A program made the translations under genes and the position numbers. From an uncultured Oscillospiraceae bacterium (GTDB taxonomy: Bacteria; Bacillota; Clostridia; Oscillospirales; Oscillospiraceae): a stretch of DNA of 64,000 nucleotides. Under the pieces are notes generated by a model. That model searched no databases. It was not told the origin of the DNA and was given only the letters and a program-made list of their open reading frames with translations. This document shows positions 9,031 to 18,505 of the stretch, piece by piece. Position 1 is the stretch's first letter, and each line of letters begins with the position of its first letter. The stretch is taken from NCBI GenBank assembly GCA_947629915.1, contig CANRFN010000010.1:5786-69785 (forward strand). The letters are read 5' to 3'.

Positions 9031-11943
9031 ATGGCAGCGAGTACAACCAAGAAAAAAACCACCGCTTCGTCTGGAAAATCCGGCTCCACCCAGCGGAAGT
9101 CCAGCGCCTCCGGCGCGAAGAGCAGCGGGAAGGGCCGCAGCAGTTCCAGCCGCAAGGCGCCGGCGAAAAAGCCGATCCGCCGGGAGGTGGGGGCTCTGGT
9201 CTGCCTGGTGCTGGCGCTGTTTGCAGCCATCGGGTATTTCGTCTCAGACGAAGGGGCCTTCATCGCGTTCTTCTGCAACTTTATCAAGGGCCTCTGCGGG
9301 TACGGCTTCTGGATCGCCCCGCTGATGCTGCTGGCCGCGTCCTTCCTGCTCTTCAACCACCGGGGCAAACCGGTAGAGCTGCGCCTCACCGGCATTCTGC
9401 TCTTACCGGTGCTGGTGGGCGCCTTCTTCCACCTGCTGCTGGCTGGAAATCCCGAGGGGACGTGGATGGAGGTGCTGGGAATCCTCTGGACAGACGGCAT
9501 TGCCCAGCACTCCGGCGGCGTGTTGGGCGGTCTTCTGGCCATGGCGGTGAACTACGCCTTCTCCCTGGTGGGCGGCGGGCTGCTGCTGGCGGTACTCATC
9601 GCGGCGGCGGCGCTCATCGCCCTGCACATCACCCCGGCAGATATCCTCAACTTCTTCACCGAGACCCGGGAGAACATGGTCCCCTACGACCCCGCAGACT
9701 ACCCCGAGCGGCCCCAGCGGGAGAGGCGCCGCCCCGTTGTCTACGATGACGAGGCCGTGGAGAAGGCCTCCCGGAGCGGCAAAGGCAAGGGAAAGATCGA
9801 CATCCCTGTGGACGATGGCCCGGTGATCAAGCCCATCAAACCCACCGAGCCGGTTACAACGGTGCGGAAGAAGAGCTTCTTCAACAAGAATCCCAACGTG
9901 ATGGGCCCGGACGAGATGGCCACCGGCAAGAGCCGGCAGCAGGAGCCGGAGGAGCCCCAGTATGAGGACGCCCCGGAGATCGAGCCCATCCCGGAGCCAC
10001 CCAAGAAGCGGAAGGGAAAGCAGGCGCCGATGCCCGTGCCGGAGGAGCTCAAACAGGAGAAGCCCAAACAGGAGGAGCCGCCGGAGCCTGAGGACGAGGG
10101 GCCGGACATCATCGCCGCCCGGCCGGAGCCCAAGCCCTCCAGCTTCGCCCTCTTCGGACAGAAGAACGTGGACCCCGATGCCGGCGGCCGCATTGTGGCG
10201 CCGGAGTTCCAGGAAGAGGAGGACGAGCCGCTGCCCGCCTTTGGGGTGCCGGTGATCCGCCAGCCCGCTGTCACCCGGGAGAGCAGGGGAGACCAGGTGT
10301 CCAAGGCGGACGCCGCAGCCGCCCAGGCGGACATCGCCAAGGAGATCGAGGCCGGCATGGGACAGGATGTGCCGGAGTACCGGTACCCGCCCCTGGAACT
10401 ACTCAACGAGGGCGTGGCCCACAGTGGCCCCTCGCCCGAGCTCATGGCCACGAAACAGCGCCTCCAGGGCGCCCTGGCCTCCTTTAATGTGGACGCCCAC
10501 ATCACCGATGTGATCAGCGGCCCCGCCGTGACCCGGTATGAGCTGGAGCTGGAACAGGGCGTGAAGCTGAACAAGATCGTGAACCTGTCCAACGACATCG
10601 CCCTGAGCCTGGGCGCCCAGTCCGTCCGGGTGGCCCCCATCCCCAACAAGATCTCCACCGTGGGCATCGAGGTGCCCAACGCCAAGGTAACCCCGGTGGC
10701 CATCCGGGAGGTGCTGGAATCGGACGCCTTCCAAAACAGCAAGTCCAAGGTCTCCTTTGCCGTGGGCAAGGACATCTCCGGCAACTGCATCGTGGGCGAC
10801 ATAGACCGCATGCCCCACCTGCTCATCGCCGGCACCACCGGCTCCGGCAAGTCCGTGTGCACCAACTCCCTCATCATCTCGCTGCTCTATAAGTCCACGC
10901 CGGAGGAGGTCCGTCTCATCATGGTGGACCCCAAGATGGTGGAACTGGCCCCTTATAACGGCATCCCGCACCTCTTGATCCCCGTGGTTACAGATCCCAA
11001 GAAGGCAGCCGGCGCCCTGCAGTGGGCGGTGAATGAGATGATGAAGCGCTACACCACCTTCTCCGAGATCGGCGCCAAGAACATCTCCTCGTACAACAAC
11101 CACGCCCGCAAAGAGGGCAAAGAGCCCATGGCCCACATCGTGGTGGTGATCGATGAGCTGGCAGACCTGATGGTGGTGGCCGCCAAAGAGGTGGAGGAGT
11201 CCATCTGCCGGGTGGCCCAGATGGGGCGCGCCGCCGGCATGCACCTGGTGGTGGCAACCCAGAGGCCGTCCTCCGATGTGATCACGGGCCTCATGAAGGC
11301 CAACATCCCCAGCCGCATCGCCTTCGCGGTAAAAGAGGCCATCAACTCCCGGATCATCCTGGACGCCGCCGGCGCGGAAAAGCTGGTGGGCAAGGGCGAC
11401 ATGCTGTATGCGCCCCTGGGCCAGGACCGGCTCCGGGTCCAGGGCTGCTTCATCTCCGAGGAGGAGGTGCAGGCCGTGGTGGACTTCATCAAGGAGGGCT
11501 CCACCGCCAGCTACGATGAGAGCGTCATGCACGAGATCGACAAAAACGCCGAGGAGAAGGACAAGGCGGCAAAGGGACCCTCTGAGGCCGCAGACGTCAG
11601 CAACGACTACGATGAGCTGCTGCCCAACGCGGTGGACGTGGTGCTGGAGGTGGGACAGGCCTCTGTCTCCATGCTGCAGCGCCGGCTGAAGCTGGGCTAC
11701 GGACGGGCCGCCAGACTGGTGGACCAGATGGAGGAGATCGGCATCGTGGGCCCGTATGAGGGCTCCAAGCCCCGCCAGCTGAAGGTGACCAAGGCCCAGT
11801 GGGCGGAGATGAAGTACAAGCGCGGCTTTGCCGAGGCGCCGGGTCCCGGCTTCGACCACGAGCCAGTGCCGGAGGAGTACCCCGGCGAGGAAGACGCCAT
11901 CGCCCAGTCCATGGACTTCACGGGGGACGATGAAGACCTGTAG
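9031..11943 (+). CDS. ftsK: DNA translocase FtsK/SpoIIIE
   Basis: N-terminal TM segments, a long Pro/Glu-rich linker, motor domain with Walker A GTTGSGKS and Walker B VVVIDELADL, and a C-terminal gamma wHTH (SVSMLQRRLKLGYGRAARLVDQME). AGGAGG RBS. Confidence 0.9.
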   Translation: MAASTTKKKTTASSGKSGSTQRKSSASGAKSSGKGRSSSSRKAPAKKPIRREVGALVCLVLALFAAIGYFVSDEGAFIAFFCNFIKGLCGYGFWIAPLMLLAASFLLFNHRGKPVELRLTGILLLPVLVGAFFHLLLAGNPEGTWMEVLGILWTDGIAQHSGGVLGGLLAMAVNYAFSLVGGGLLLAVLIAAAALIALHITPADILNFFTETRENMVPYDPADYPERPQRERRRPVVYDDEAVEKASRSGKGKGKIDIPVDDGPVIKPIKPTEPVTTVRKKSFFNKNPNVMGPDEMATGKSRQQEPEEPQYEDAPEIEPIPEPPKKRKGKQAPMPVPEELKQEKPKQEEPPEPEDEGPDIIAARPEPKPSSFALFGQKNVDPDAGGRIVAPEFQEEEDEPLPAFGVPVIRQPAVTRESRGDQVSKADAAAAQADIAKEIEAGMGQDVPEYRYPPLELLNEGVAHSGPSPELMATKQRLQGALASFNVDAHITDVISGPAVTRYELELEQGVKLNKIVNLSNDIALSLGAQSVRVAPIPNKISTVGIEVPNAKVTPVAIREVLESDAFQNSKSKVSFAVGKDISGNCIVGDIDRMPHLLIAGTTGSGKSVCTNSLIISLLYKSTPEEVRLIMVDPKMVELAPYNGIPHLLIPVVTDPKKAAGALQWAVNEMMKRYTTFSEIGAKNISSYNNHARKEGKEPMAHIVVVIDELADLMVVAAKEVEESICRVAQMGRAAGMHLVVATQRPSSDVITGLMKANIPSRIAFAVKEAINSRIILDAAGAEKLVGKGDMLYAPLGQDRLRVQGCFISEEEVQAVVDFIKEGSTASYDESVMHEIDKNAEEKDKAAKGPSEAADVSNDYDELLPNAVDVVLEVGQASVSMLQRRLKLGYGRAARLVDQMEEIGIVGPYEGSKPRQLKVTKAQWAEMKYKRGFAEAPGPGFDHEPVPEEYPGEEDAIAQSMDFTGDDEDL

Positions 11944-12031
11944 GGCAGGAAAAAGCTGAGATACTGCAAGCGCTGTACAGGGAAATCCCTTAACGGCTTT
12001 CATGGACAGGTCCCCCATTGAGAAGACAGCA

Positions 12032-12065
12032 AAACGGCCAGCCGCGGCACCGCGGCTGGCCGTTT
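12032..12065. terminator. Bidirectional terminator between ftsK (+) and nrdR (-)
   Basis: AAACGGCCAGCCGCGG..CCGCGGCTGGCCGTTT palindrome flanked by A/T runs on both sides. Confidence 0.65.
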
Positions 12066-12106
12066 CTGATGATCTTGCGGAATCGGGACGCTTTAACGCC
12101 GCCGGC

Positions 12107-12562
12107 TCACTTCTCCGCCAGCAGCTTGTTCAGCTCGTTTACAAAGCTGTTGATGTCCTTGAACTTGCGGTACACAGAGGCGAAGCGGACATAGCTCACC
12201 TCGTCCACATCCTTCAGCTTGTCCATGACCAACTCGCCGATCTCTGTGCTGCGCACCTCCCGCTCCATGGTGTTCTGCAGAGACTGTTCGATCTCATCCA
12301 CGATGTGCTCCAGGGTGTCGATGGACACAGAGCGCTTTTCGCAAGCCTTCAGCATGCTGCCCAGCAGTTTGTTGCGGTCAAAGGCCTGCCGGCTGTTGTC
12401 CCGCTTCACCACCATCAGGGGGAGGCTCTCAATGGTCTCATAGGTGGTAAAGCGCTTGTGGCAGGCCAGGCACTCCCTGCGGCGGCGGATGCTGCTGCCC
12501 TCTTCCGCAGGCCTGGAGTCCACCACTTTGCTCTCTAAGTTGGCACAGTATGGGCATTTCAC
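12107..12562 (-). CDS. nrdR: Transcriptional repressor NrdR
   Basis: [42 protein letters not shown] zinc ribbon plus an ATP-cone. Confidence 0.92.
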   Translation of the reverse strand: MKCPYCANLESKVVDSRPAEEGSSIRRRRECLACHKRFTTYETIESLPLMVVKRDNSRQAFDRNKLLGSMLKACEKRSVSIDTLEHIVDEIEQSLQNTMEREVRSTEIGELVMDKLKDVDEVSYVRFASVYRKFKDINSFVNELNKLLAEK

Positions 12563-12589
12563 GATAGGGGATTCCTTTCTGCGGCGGGA

Positions 12590-13222
12590 TTACTTCGTGC
12601 CGAAAATCCGGTCTCCGGCATCGCCGAGGCCGGGGACGATGTAGGCGTGGTCGTTGAGCTTCTCATCCACGGCGGCCACATAGATGTCCACATCCGGGTG
12701 GTCCCTCTGGATGCACGCGATGCCCTGGGGCGCCGCCAGGATGTTCATGAGCTTGATGTGCTTGCAGCCGTAGCCCTTGATGAAGGTGATGGCGGCCGAG
12801 GCGGAGCCGCCGGTGGCCAGCATGGGATCCAGCACGATGACCTCCCGCTCGGAGATGTCCGGGGGCATCTTGCAGTAGTACTCCACCGGGGCATGGGTCT
12901 CCGGGTCCCGGTACAGGCCGATGTGGCCCACCTTGGCGGAGGGGATCAGCTGCAGAATGCCGTCCACCATGCCGAGGCCGGCCCGGAGGATGGGGACGAT
13001 GGCCAGCTTTTTGCCCGCCAGGGTCTTGAAGGTGGCGGTGGTGAGGGGGGTCTCCACCTCTACGTCCTCCAGAGGCAGGTCCCGGGTGGCCTCATAGCAC
13101 TCCAGCATGGCCACCTCGGAGACGATCTCCCGGAACTCCTTGACGCCGGTGTTCTTGTCCCGCAGGATGGTGAGCTTGTGCTGCAGCAGCGGGTGGTCCA
13201 GTACGTGTAATTTACCTTCCAT
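12590..13222 (-). CDS. upp: Uracil phosphoribosyltransferase
   Basis: [16 protein letters not shown].., [16 protein letters not shown] loop and [18 protein letters not shown]-terminus. Confidence 0.92.
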   Translation of the reverse strand: MEGKLHVLDHPLLQHKLTILRDKNTGVKEFREIVSEVAMLECYEATRDLPLEDVEVETPLTTATFKTLAGKKLAIVPILRAGLGMVDGILQLIPSAKVGHIGLYRDPETHAPVEYYCKMPPDISEREVIVLDPMLATGGSASAAITFIKGYGCKHIKLMNILAAPQGIACIQRDHPDVDIYVAAVDEKLNDHAYIVPGLGDAGDRIFGTK

Positions 13223-13256
13223 GTGTGTACCCCTTTCTAGGATTGGTGGTTTGGTC

Positions 13257-13961
13257 TCAAGAGCGGGACAGGCGCTCCAGGCGCTCGCGCTCGGCCTGGC
13301 TCAGCCTGTGGTACGAGGGGGCCATGGCAGCGGCGGAAACCAGCTCCCCCGCTTCGGCCAACCGGCAGGCTGCCAGTGCCACGCCGTAGGCGGACTGCCA
13401 GCGGAGGTGGGAGGGGGGAATCACCGCCGGGATCCCCAGTTGGATAAAGGCATTATAACATAGTTCTGCCCCGTCTCCAACAAGAATTTGTGTTTTTCCG
13501 GACTTTTTTGCCTCTTCTGCCAGAAGCTCCACGCCGGTGGCCCGGTCCTCGCTGAGCCGGGTGAGGGTGTCTCCCTGCCCCAGAAAGCGGGCGGCGTACA
13601 CCTGGTTGCGCCGGGCGTCCATCACGGCGCAGATCTCCATGTGCATGTGGGCGCAGGGCCACGCCATGGACTCCAGGGTGGAGCAGGGGGCGCAGGGCAG
13701 CTCCCGGGGCCAGGCCAGACCTTTCGCCGCTGCCACGCCGATGCGCACGCCGGTAAAGGAGCCGGGCCCCGCCGCCACGGCCACGGTGTCCACCTCCTCC
13801 ATGCCGGAGCCCGCGTTTTTCAGCAGGTCTGCGATCATGGGCATCAGCGTGACGGAGTGGGTGAGGCCGGTGCGCAGAAAGGACTGGGCGATGAGCTCTC
13901 TGTCTTCGGTGAGGGCGGCGGATGCGCACACCGCCGATGTCTCCAGGGCCAGGATTTTCAC
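13257..13961 (-). CDS. tsaB: tRNA t6A37 biosynthesis protein TsaB
   Basis: MKILALETS.., [12 protein letters not shown] motif. GTG start overlaps the tsaE stop (GTGA). Confidence 0.85.
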   Translation of the reverse strand: MKILALETSAVCASAALTEDRELIAQSFLRTGLTHSVTLMPMIADLLKNAGSGMEEVDTVAVAAGPGSFTGVRIGVAAAKGLAWPRELPCAPCSTLESMAWPCAHMHMEICAVMDARRNQVYAARFLGQGDTLTRLSEDRATGVELLAEEAKKSGKTQILVGDGAELCYNAFIQLGIPAVIPPSHLRWQSAYGVALAACRLAEAGELVSAAAMAPSYHRLSQAERERLERLSRS

Positions 13962-14383
13962 AGGTTTATCCCCTCCATGCGGATGATACGGTCGTTATCG
14001 CCCTCGCCCCGGGTGATGGACACCCGGATGGCATCGGGCTCAATGGCCTCTGCCACGTTCTCGCTCCACTCCACGGCGCAGACCCCGCCCCGGACCAGGT
14101 AGTCCTCCCAGCCGATGTGGAACAGCTCGTCTGCGCTCTCCAGCCGGTACATGTCAAAGTGAAAGAGGGGGAGCCTGCCGCCCTCCAGCTCGTTTACAAT
14201 CGTGAACGTGGGGCTGGTGACCCGTTCCGGGATGTGCAGCCCCTCTGCCATGCCGGAGACAAAGGCGGTTTTGCCGGCGCCCAGGTCCCCTGTAAAGGCC
14301 ACCACTTCGCCGCCTCTCAGGGTCTCGGCCAGCTTTGCGCCCAGGGCTCTCGTCTCCTCTGGGCTGTGGGTGATCCATTCCAT
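13958..14383 (-). CDS. tsaE: tRNA t6A37 biosynthesis ATPase TsaE
   Basis: GDLGAGKTAFVSG P-loop and HFDMYRL motif. Start set at ATG 14383 (MEWITH) because AGGAGA lies upstream; track start 14401 is also possible. Confidence 0.85.
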   Translation of the reverse strand: MEWITHSPEETRALGAKLAETLRGGEVVAFTGDLGAGKTAFVSGMAEGLHIPERVTSPTFTIVNELEGGRLPLFHFDMYRLESADELFHIGWEDYLVRGGVCAVEWSENVAEAIEPDAIRVSITRGEGDNDRIIRMEGINL

Positions 14384-14510
14384 TGTGTGCCATCTCCTCA
14401 TTGCTCTGCGGGCAAAGGTTTAAAAAGGTGTGAACATTCTCGAACAGTATAGCATATCCCGGTGAGATGTGCTATACTGAATTGTGTTTTTTCCGAAAGG
14501 AGGTGCCGCC

Positions 14511-15749
14511 TTGCCCCGCAGGCGCCGTTTCCGTTTTCTCCAGGAGCTGAAGGACACCCTGGTGGACCTGGTGGTGCAGCCCATAGACTGGCTCCGGGAG
14601 TTCTACAACAAGGGCGATGTGTTCCTGCTCCTGCTCTGTATCATCGCATCTCTCATGGGGCTGATGCTGATCTATTCCGCCACCCGGTACAAGCCCGAAC
14701 TCCACAAGTCCTTTCTCAAGCAGGCCGTCTTCGTGATGGCGGGCATTGTGCTCTTCATCTGGATCTCCTTTATCGACATTGAGTTTTTGATGGAAAAGTG
14801 GTGGTGGATGTTCTTCCTGCTGGGCATCGGCGTGATCCTGCTGCTGAAGCCCTTCGGCGTGGCGGACGACACCGGCAACCGCAGCTGGGTCTACTTCCCA
14901 CACTTCACCTTTTTCGGGTTCCAGCCGGGAGAGATCGCCAAGCTCTCCTATATCGTGGTGATGGCCTGGCTCATGAACCGGGAGCGGCCAAAGGGCATCG
15001 GCCGGTTCACCGCCCTCATCAAGTACGCCATCCTCACCGTCCTCTATGCCGGCCCGCTGATCTACCTCTCCAAGGACTTCGGCATGCTGCTGGTCTATAT
15101 GGCCCTGTTTCTCATCATGATGTGGATGGGCGGGGTGAGCCGGTGGTGGTTCGTGTTCGGCTTCGGCGCCGTGGGCGGCGGGGCGTACTATGTGTGGACC
15201 CAGATCCTGCCCACCACGGAGTACTGGGAGGACTACCGGATCCTCCGCTTCCGGGTCATCTTCGACCACGACCTGGACCCCCTGGGCAAGGGGTGGCAGC
15301 AGGGACAGTCCCTGAAGGCCATCACCAGCGGCGGCCTCACCGGCAAAGGCTTTCTCCAGGGGCCCATCTCCCAGGCCAGCGATGGCTACCTGCCCGCCCG
15401 GCACACGGACGAGATCTTTGCCGTCTGCGGCGAGGAGTTCGGCCTTCTGGGCTGCTGTGCGGTGCTGCTCATCCTCTTTGCCATCATCCTCCGCTGCGCC
15501 TGGGTGTCCCGGCAGGCCAAGAGCTACCTCTCCGCCTATATCACCATGGGCATCGCCGGGATGCTGATGGTGCAGACCGTGATCAACGTGGGCATGTGCC
15601 TCTACGTGCTCCCGGTGGTGGGCCTCACCCTCCCGTTTTTCAGCTACGGCGGCTCCTCCATCCTCACCCTGTACATCGCCATGGGCATCGTGTCCGGCGT
15701 CAAGATGCGGCCCATGCCCAGTTGGCTGAAGGACCGGCGCCAGATCTAG
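14511..15749 (+). CDS. SEDS-family peptidoglycan polymerase (FtsW/RodA/SpoVE)
   Basis: About 10 TM segments, with motifs FQPGEIAKL, TDEIFAVCGEEFG and LPFFSYGGSS. TTG 14511 follows AAGGAGG; the track's GTG at 14484 has no RBS. Confidence 0.85.
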   Translation: MPRRRRFRFLQELKDTLVDLVVQPIDWLREFYNKGDVFLLLLCIIASLMGLMLIYSATRYKPELHKSFLKQAVFVMAGIVLFIWISFIDIEFLMEKWWWMFFLLGIGVILLLKPFGVADDTGNRSWVYFPHFTFFGFQPGEIAKLSYIVVMAWLMNRERPKGIGRFTALIKYAILTVLYAGPLIYLSKDFGMLLVYMALFLIMMWMGGVSRWWFVFGFGAVGGGAYYVWTQILPTTEYWEDYRILRFRVIFDHDLDPLGKGWQQGQSLKAITSGGLTGKGFLQGPISQASDGYLPARHTDEIFAVCGEEFGLLGCCAVLLILFAIILRCAWVSRQAKSYLSAYITMGIAGMLMVQTVINVGMCLYVLPVVGLTLPFFSYGGSSILTLYIAMGIVSGVKMRPMPSWLKDRRQI

Positions 15750-15786
15750 CGGGGCAGGGGAGTGCAAACGTGCAAATCAAGCCAGC

Positions 15787-15829
15787 ATGCGCCGGTCTCT
15801 CTTGCGGAGAGACCGGCGCATATTTTCTG
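15787..15829 (+). terminator. Rho-independent terminator of the SEDS gene
   Basis: ATGCGCCGGTCTCTC-TTGCG-GAGAGACCGGCGCAT followed by ATTTTCTG. Confidence 0.75.
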
Positions 15830-15879
15830 CCTGGTCCGGGCAAAATCAGGGTGCATATTGAACGAAGGAGGCTTTCCCC

Positions 15880-16842
15880 GTGAAATCCCGTATCACCATT
15901 GCCACACTGCTGCTGGTGTGCGCCCTGATGCTGCCGGCGGCCGCCCTCACCATGACGGCGGCCGAGGTGGAGGATGTGGCGCCCATCGCAGAGAACCTCA
16001 CCCTCACCACGTACAAAGGGGTGGCGATCAACGGCAGATTCGCCGCCACAGACCCCGAGGGGGATGCGGTGGTGTTTCAGGTCATAGACACCCCGGCCCG
16101 GGGTCAGGTGACCGTGGACGAGGCCGATCCCAGCGCCTTCTGCTACACCCCCTATGAGGGCAAGAAGGGCAAGGACAGCTTCACCTATGTTGCGGTAGAC
16201 GCCCAGGGCAACACCTCGGAGCCCGCCACCGTGAAGATCACCATCCAGAAGCAGTCCACCAAGGTGACCTACTCCGATCTCTCCGGCAACGCCGCCCAAT
16301 ATGCGGCGCTGCGTCTGGCGGAAGAGGACATCTACGTGGGCCGGCAGGTGGGCTCCCTCTACTGCTTTGATCCCGATTCCACCTTCAGCCGGGAGGAGTT
16401 TCTGGCCCTCGCCATGACCGCCGCCGGACTGGACCCTATCAGCGACATCAACGTCACCGGCTTCTCGGACGACCCCGAGATCTCCGCCTGGGCCAAGGGC
16501 TATGTGTCCGCCGCCCTGGTGGACGGGGCCATCCAGGGCGGGGTGAACGAGGCCGGTGAGGCGGTGTTCGATGCCAGCCGGCCCATCACCACCATGGAGG
16601 CGGCCGTCCTGCTGGACGCCATGCTGGACGTGGGGGATGTGCCCTCCCCGGTCTTCGCCTCCGCATATGGCGCTTCTGTGCCCGCCTGGGCGGCCCAGGC
16701 GGTGCTGAACATGGAGACAGTGGAGGTGCTGCAGCCAGACCTCACCCTGAGCGAGCCCCTCACCCGGGCGGAGGGGGCCCAGATGCTCTCCGGCATGCTG
16801 GACGTGCTGGAGAGCCGGAAGGCCTCCCGCTGGTTCTGGTAG
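15880..16842 (+). CDS. Secreted protein with Ig/cadherin-like domain and SLH domains
   Basis: Signal peptide MKSRITIATLLLVCALMLPAAA. Block ATDPEGDAVVFQV..KGKDSFTYVAVDAQGN resembles cadherin-like/VCBS modules. The C-terminal half has SLH-like repeats (YSDLSGNAAQYAALRLAEEDIY, ISAWAKGYVSAAL). GTG start after GAAGGAGG. Confidence 0.7.
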   Translation: MKSRITIATLLLVCALMLPAAALTMTAAEVEDVAPIAENLTLTTYKGVAINGRFAATDPEGDAVVFQVIDTPARGQVTVDEADPSAFCYTPYEGKKGKDSFTYVAVDAQGNTSEPATVKITIQKQSTKVTYSDLSGNAAQYAALRLAEEDIYVGRQVGSLYCFDPDSTFSREEFLALAMTAAGLDPISDINVTGFSDDPEISAWAKGYVSAALVDGAIQGGVNEAGEAVFDASRPITTMEAAVLLDAMLDVGDVPSPVFASAYGASVPAWAAQAVLNMETVEVLQPDLTLSEPLTRAEGAQMLSGMLDVLESRKASRWFW

Positions 16843-16879
16843 GGCGGGGGAGAGAGCCGCATTGCGATAGGGCGGTGAT

Positions 16880-16909
16880 GCACCCGCCGGGCACACGCCC
16901 GGCGGGTGC
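16880..16909. terminator. Hairpin between convergent genes
   Basis: GCACCCGCCGGG-CACACG-CCCGGCGGGTGC. No T-tract. Confidence 0.4.
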
Positions 16910-17185
16910 GCCGCTTAGGGGGCCTTGCAGGGCTGTGCAGGAGCGCCTGGTGCGGGCTGCAAATGCGAGAAAGCGGGGCTGAAATGCCATAAAATGCATA
17001 TACACAAAGCGCTGTAAAGGAAATTACCTATCCATATGAAAGATGGCCTAAATTGGCGTTTTGCAAGATGAGACGGACCATCCTGCATTTTTTCGAAGGC
17101 GGGTCTGGGGCGCAGTTTCCCGGTGCTGCACAAAACAGGGCCCGCCGGCACGGCGCCGGACAGGTCCTGTTGGCGGTTGGGATGG

Positions 17186-18505
17186 TCAGCTCGTTGCGGC
17201 CCCGTTGGCCGCGTCCTCCGCATCCTGCAGGGCGGTGGGGATGTCCTCCCCATCGCCCACCTTCTGGAGCATCTGCCACCAGGCGGTGCGGGCATCGGCC
17301 CAGCCCGGGGTCACCTGGTAGTAGTCCCCGAGGTACTGGCGGAGGGTGAAGTACTCGGTCATGAGCTCATCGTTCTCGTAGATGTTGGCCACGTCCCGGA
17401 CGGGCCAGAAGGTGGAGGCCAGCACCAACTGGGTGTACTGGTTGTTGTCCTCGGTGAGAAAGCGGATCAGGGTCTTGGCGGCCTCGATCTTCTGCGGGTC
17501 CCCGTTGTCAAAGACGCCGAAGCCCCAGACGCCCCCCTGGAGGTCCGCATGGCCGTTGTCCGTGGGGAAGGCCATGGGGAAGATGTCGAAGTTCAGGTTG
17601 GGGTTGTTGATCACCTGGGAGACCTCGTTGGCCACGTTCCAGCAGAAGGTCATGGGAATGGCGCCGCTGGCAAAGCTGGTGATGGAGTCGCTGCCCACCC
17701 GGTCCGGGGTGAAGACGATGCCGTCCAGGTCGTAGAGCAGCTGCAGGGCCTTGGCGTTCTCCTGGCTGTTGAAGTTGTACCGGAGGTGGTCCGTTGTGGT
17801 AAAGGAGCCGCTGTACAGGTTGTTGATGAGGGCCCGGGTGCCCTGGTCTCCGCCCTGTCCGCCGCAGTAGACCTCGCCCACCGTGTTGATGCCAGACAGG
17901 TACAGCTTTTTCACCGCGCTGATGAAGCCGTCTGTGGACCAGGTGTGGGTCTCCTCGTCCACGTACTGCCAGGCGTCTGCGGCCTCAAAGACGTCCCGGT
18001 TGATGGCCATGCAGTGGGTGGTCATGCAGATGGGGTAGATGTAGTGCTTGCCATCGTTGGTGCGGCAGGCCACCGCCACGTTGTCGTAGATCTGGCTTGC
18101 GGCCTCGGTGTCCCAGAGGTCGCTGAGATCCGCCATCAGGCCCCGGGCGCCCCAGTTGGCGGTGAGCCGCTCCGGCCCCTCGAACACCATGTCCGGGGTC
18201 TCCTCGTTGGCGATGGCCTCCTCGATCTCCGCGTCTCCCGTCTCGTAGGAGGCGCTGTGGATGATGACCCGGATCTCCGGGTGGGCCCGGTGGAAGGCGC
18301 TGAGAATGGTGGGCAGCCCGCTGTTGCTGCCGAGCCCTCCCACGGGATAGACCCACAGGTCCAGGTCGATCTCCTCCTGCTGGGCGGGGTTCTGGCCGGG
18401 GGTGGCCTCCGGCATCGTGGTGGTCTTTGCCGTGCCGCCGCCGCAGCCGGAGACAAGAAAGGCGAGGGCGCACAGTGCGAGGAAGAGAGATAACAGGCGT
18501 TTCAT
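17186..18505 (-). CDS. ABC-transporter-type extracellular solute-binding lipoprotein (family 1, sugar type)
   Basis: Lipobox LVSGC after a signal peptide. Size and composition fit sugar-binding SBPs. ATG overlaps the stop of the upstream kinase gene (ATGA at 18502-18505). Confidence 0.85.
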   Translation of the reverse strand: MKRLLSLFLALCALAFLVSGCGGGTAKTTTMPEATPGQNPAQQEEIDLDLWVYPVGGLGSNSGLPTILSAFHRAHPEIRVIIHSASYETGDAEIEEAIANEETPDMVFEGPERLTANWGARGLMADLSDLWDTEAASQIYDNVAVACRTNDGKHYIYPICMTTHCMAINRDVFEAADAWQYVDEETHTWSTDGFISAVKKLYLSGINTVGEVYCGGQGGDQGTRALINNLYSGSFTTTDHLRYNFNSQENAKALQLLYDLDGIVFTPDRVGSDSITSFASGAIPMTFCWNVANEVSQVINNPNLNFDIFPMAFPTDNGHADLQGGVWGFGVFDNGDPQKIEAAKTLIRFLTEDNNQYTQLVLASTFWPVRDVANIYENDELMTEYFTLRQYLGDYYQVTPGWADARTAWWQMLQKVGDGEDIPTALQDAEDAANGAATS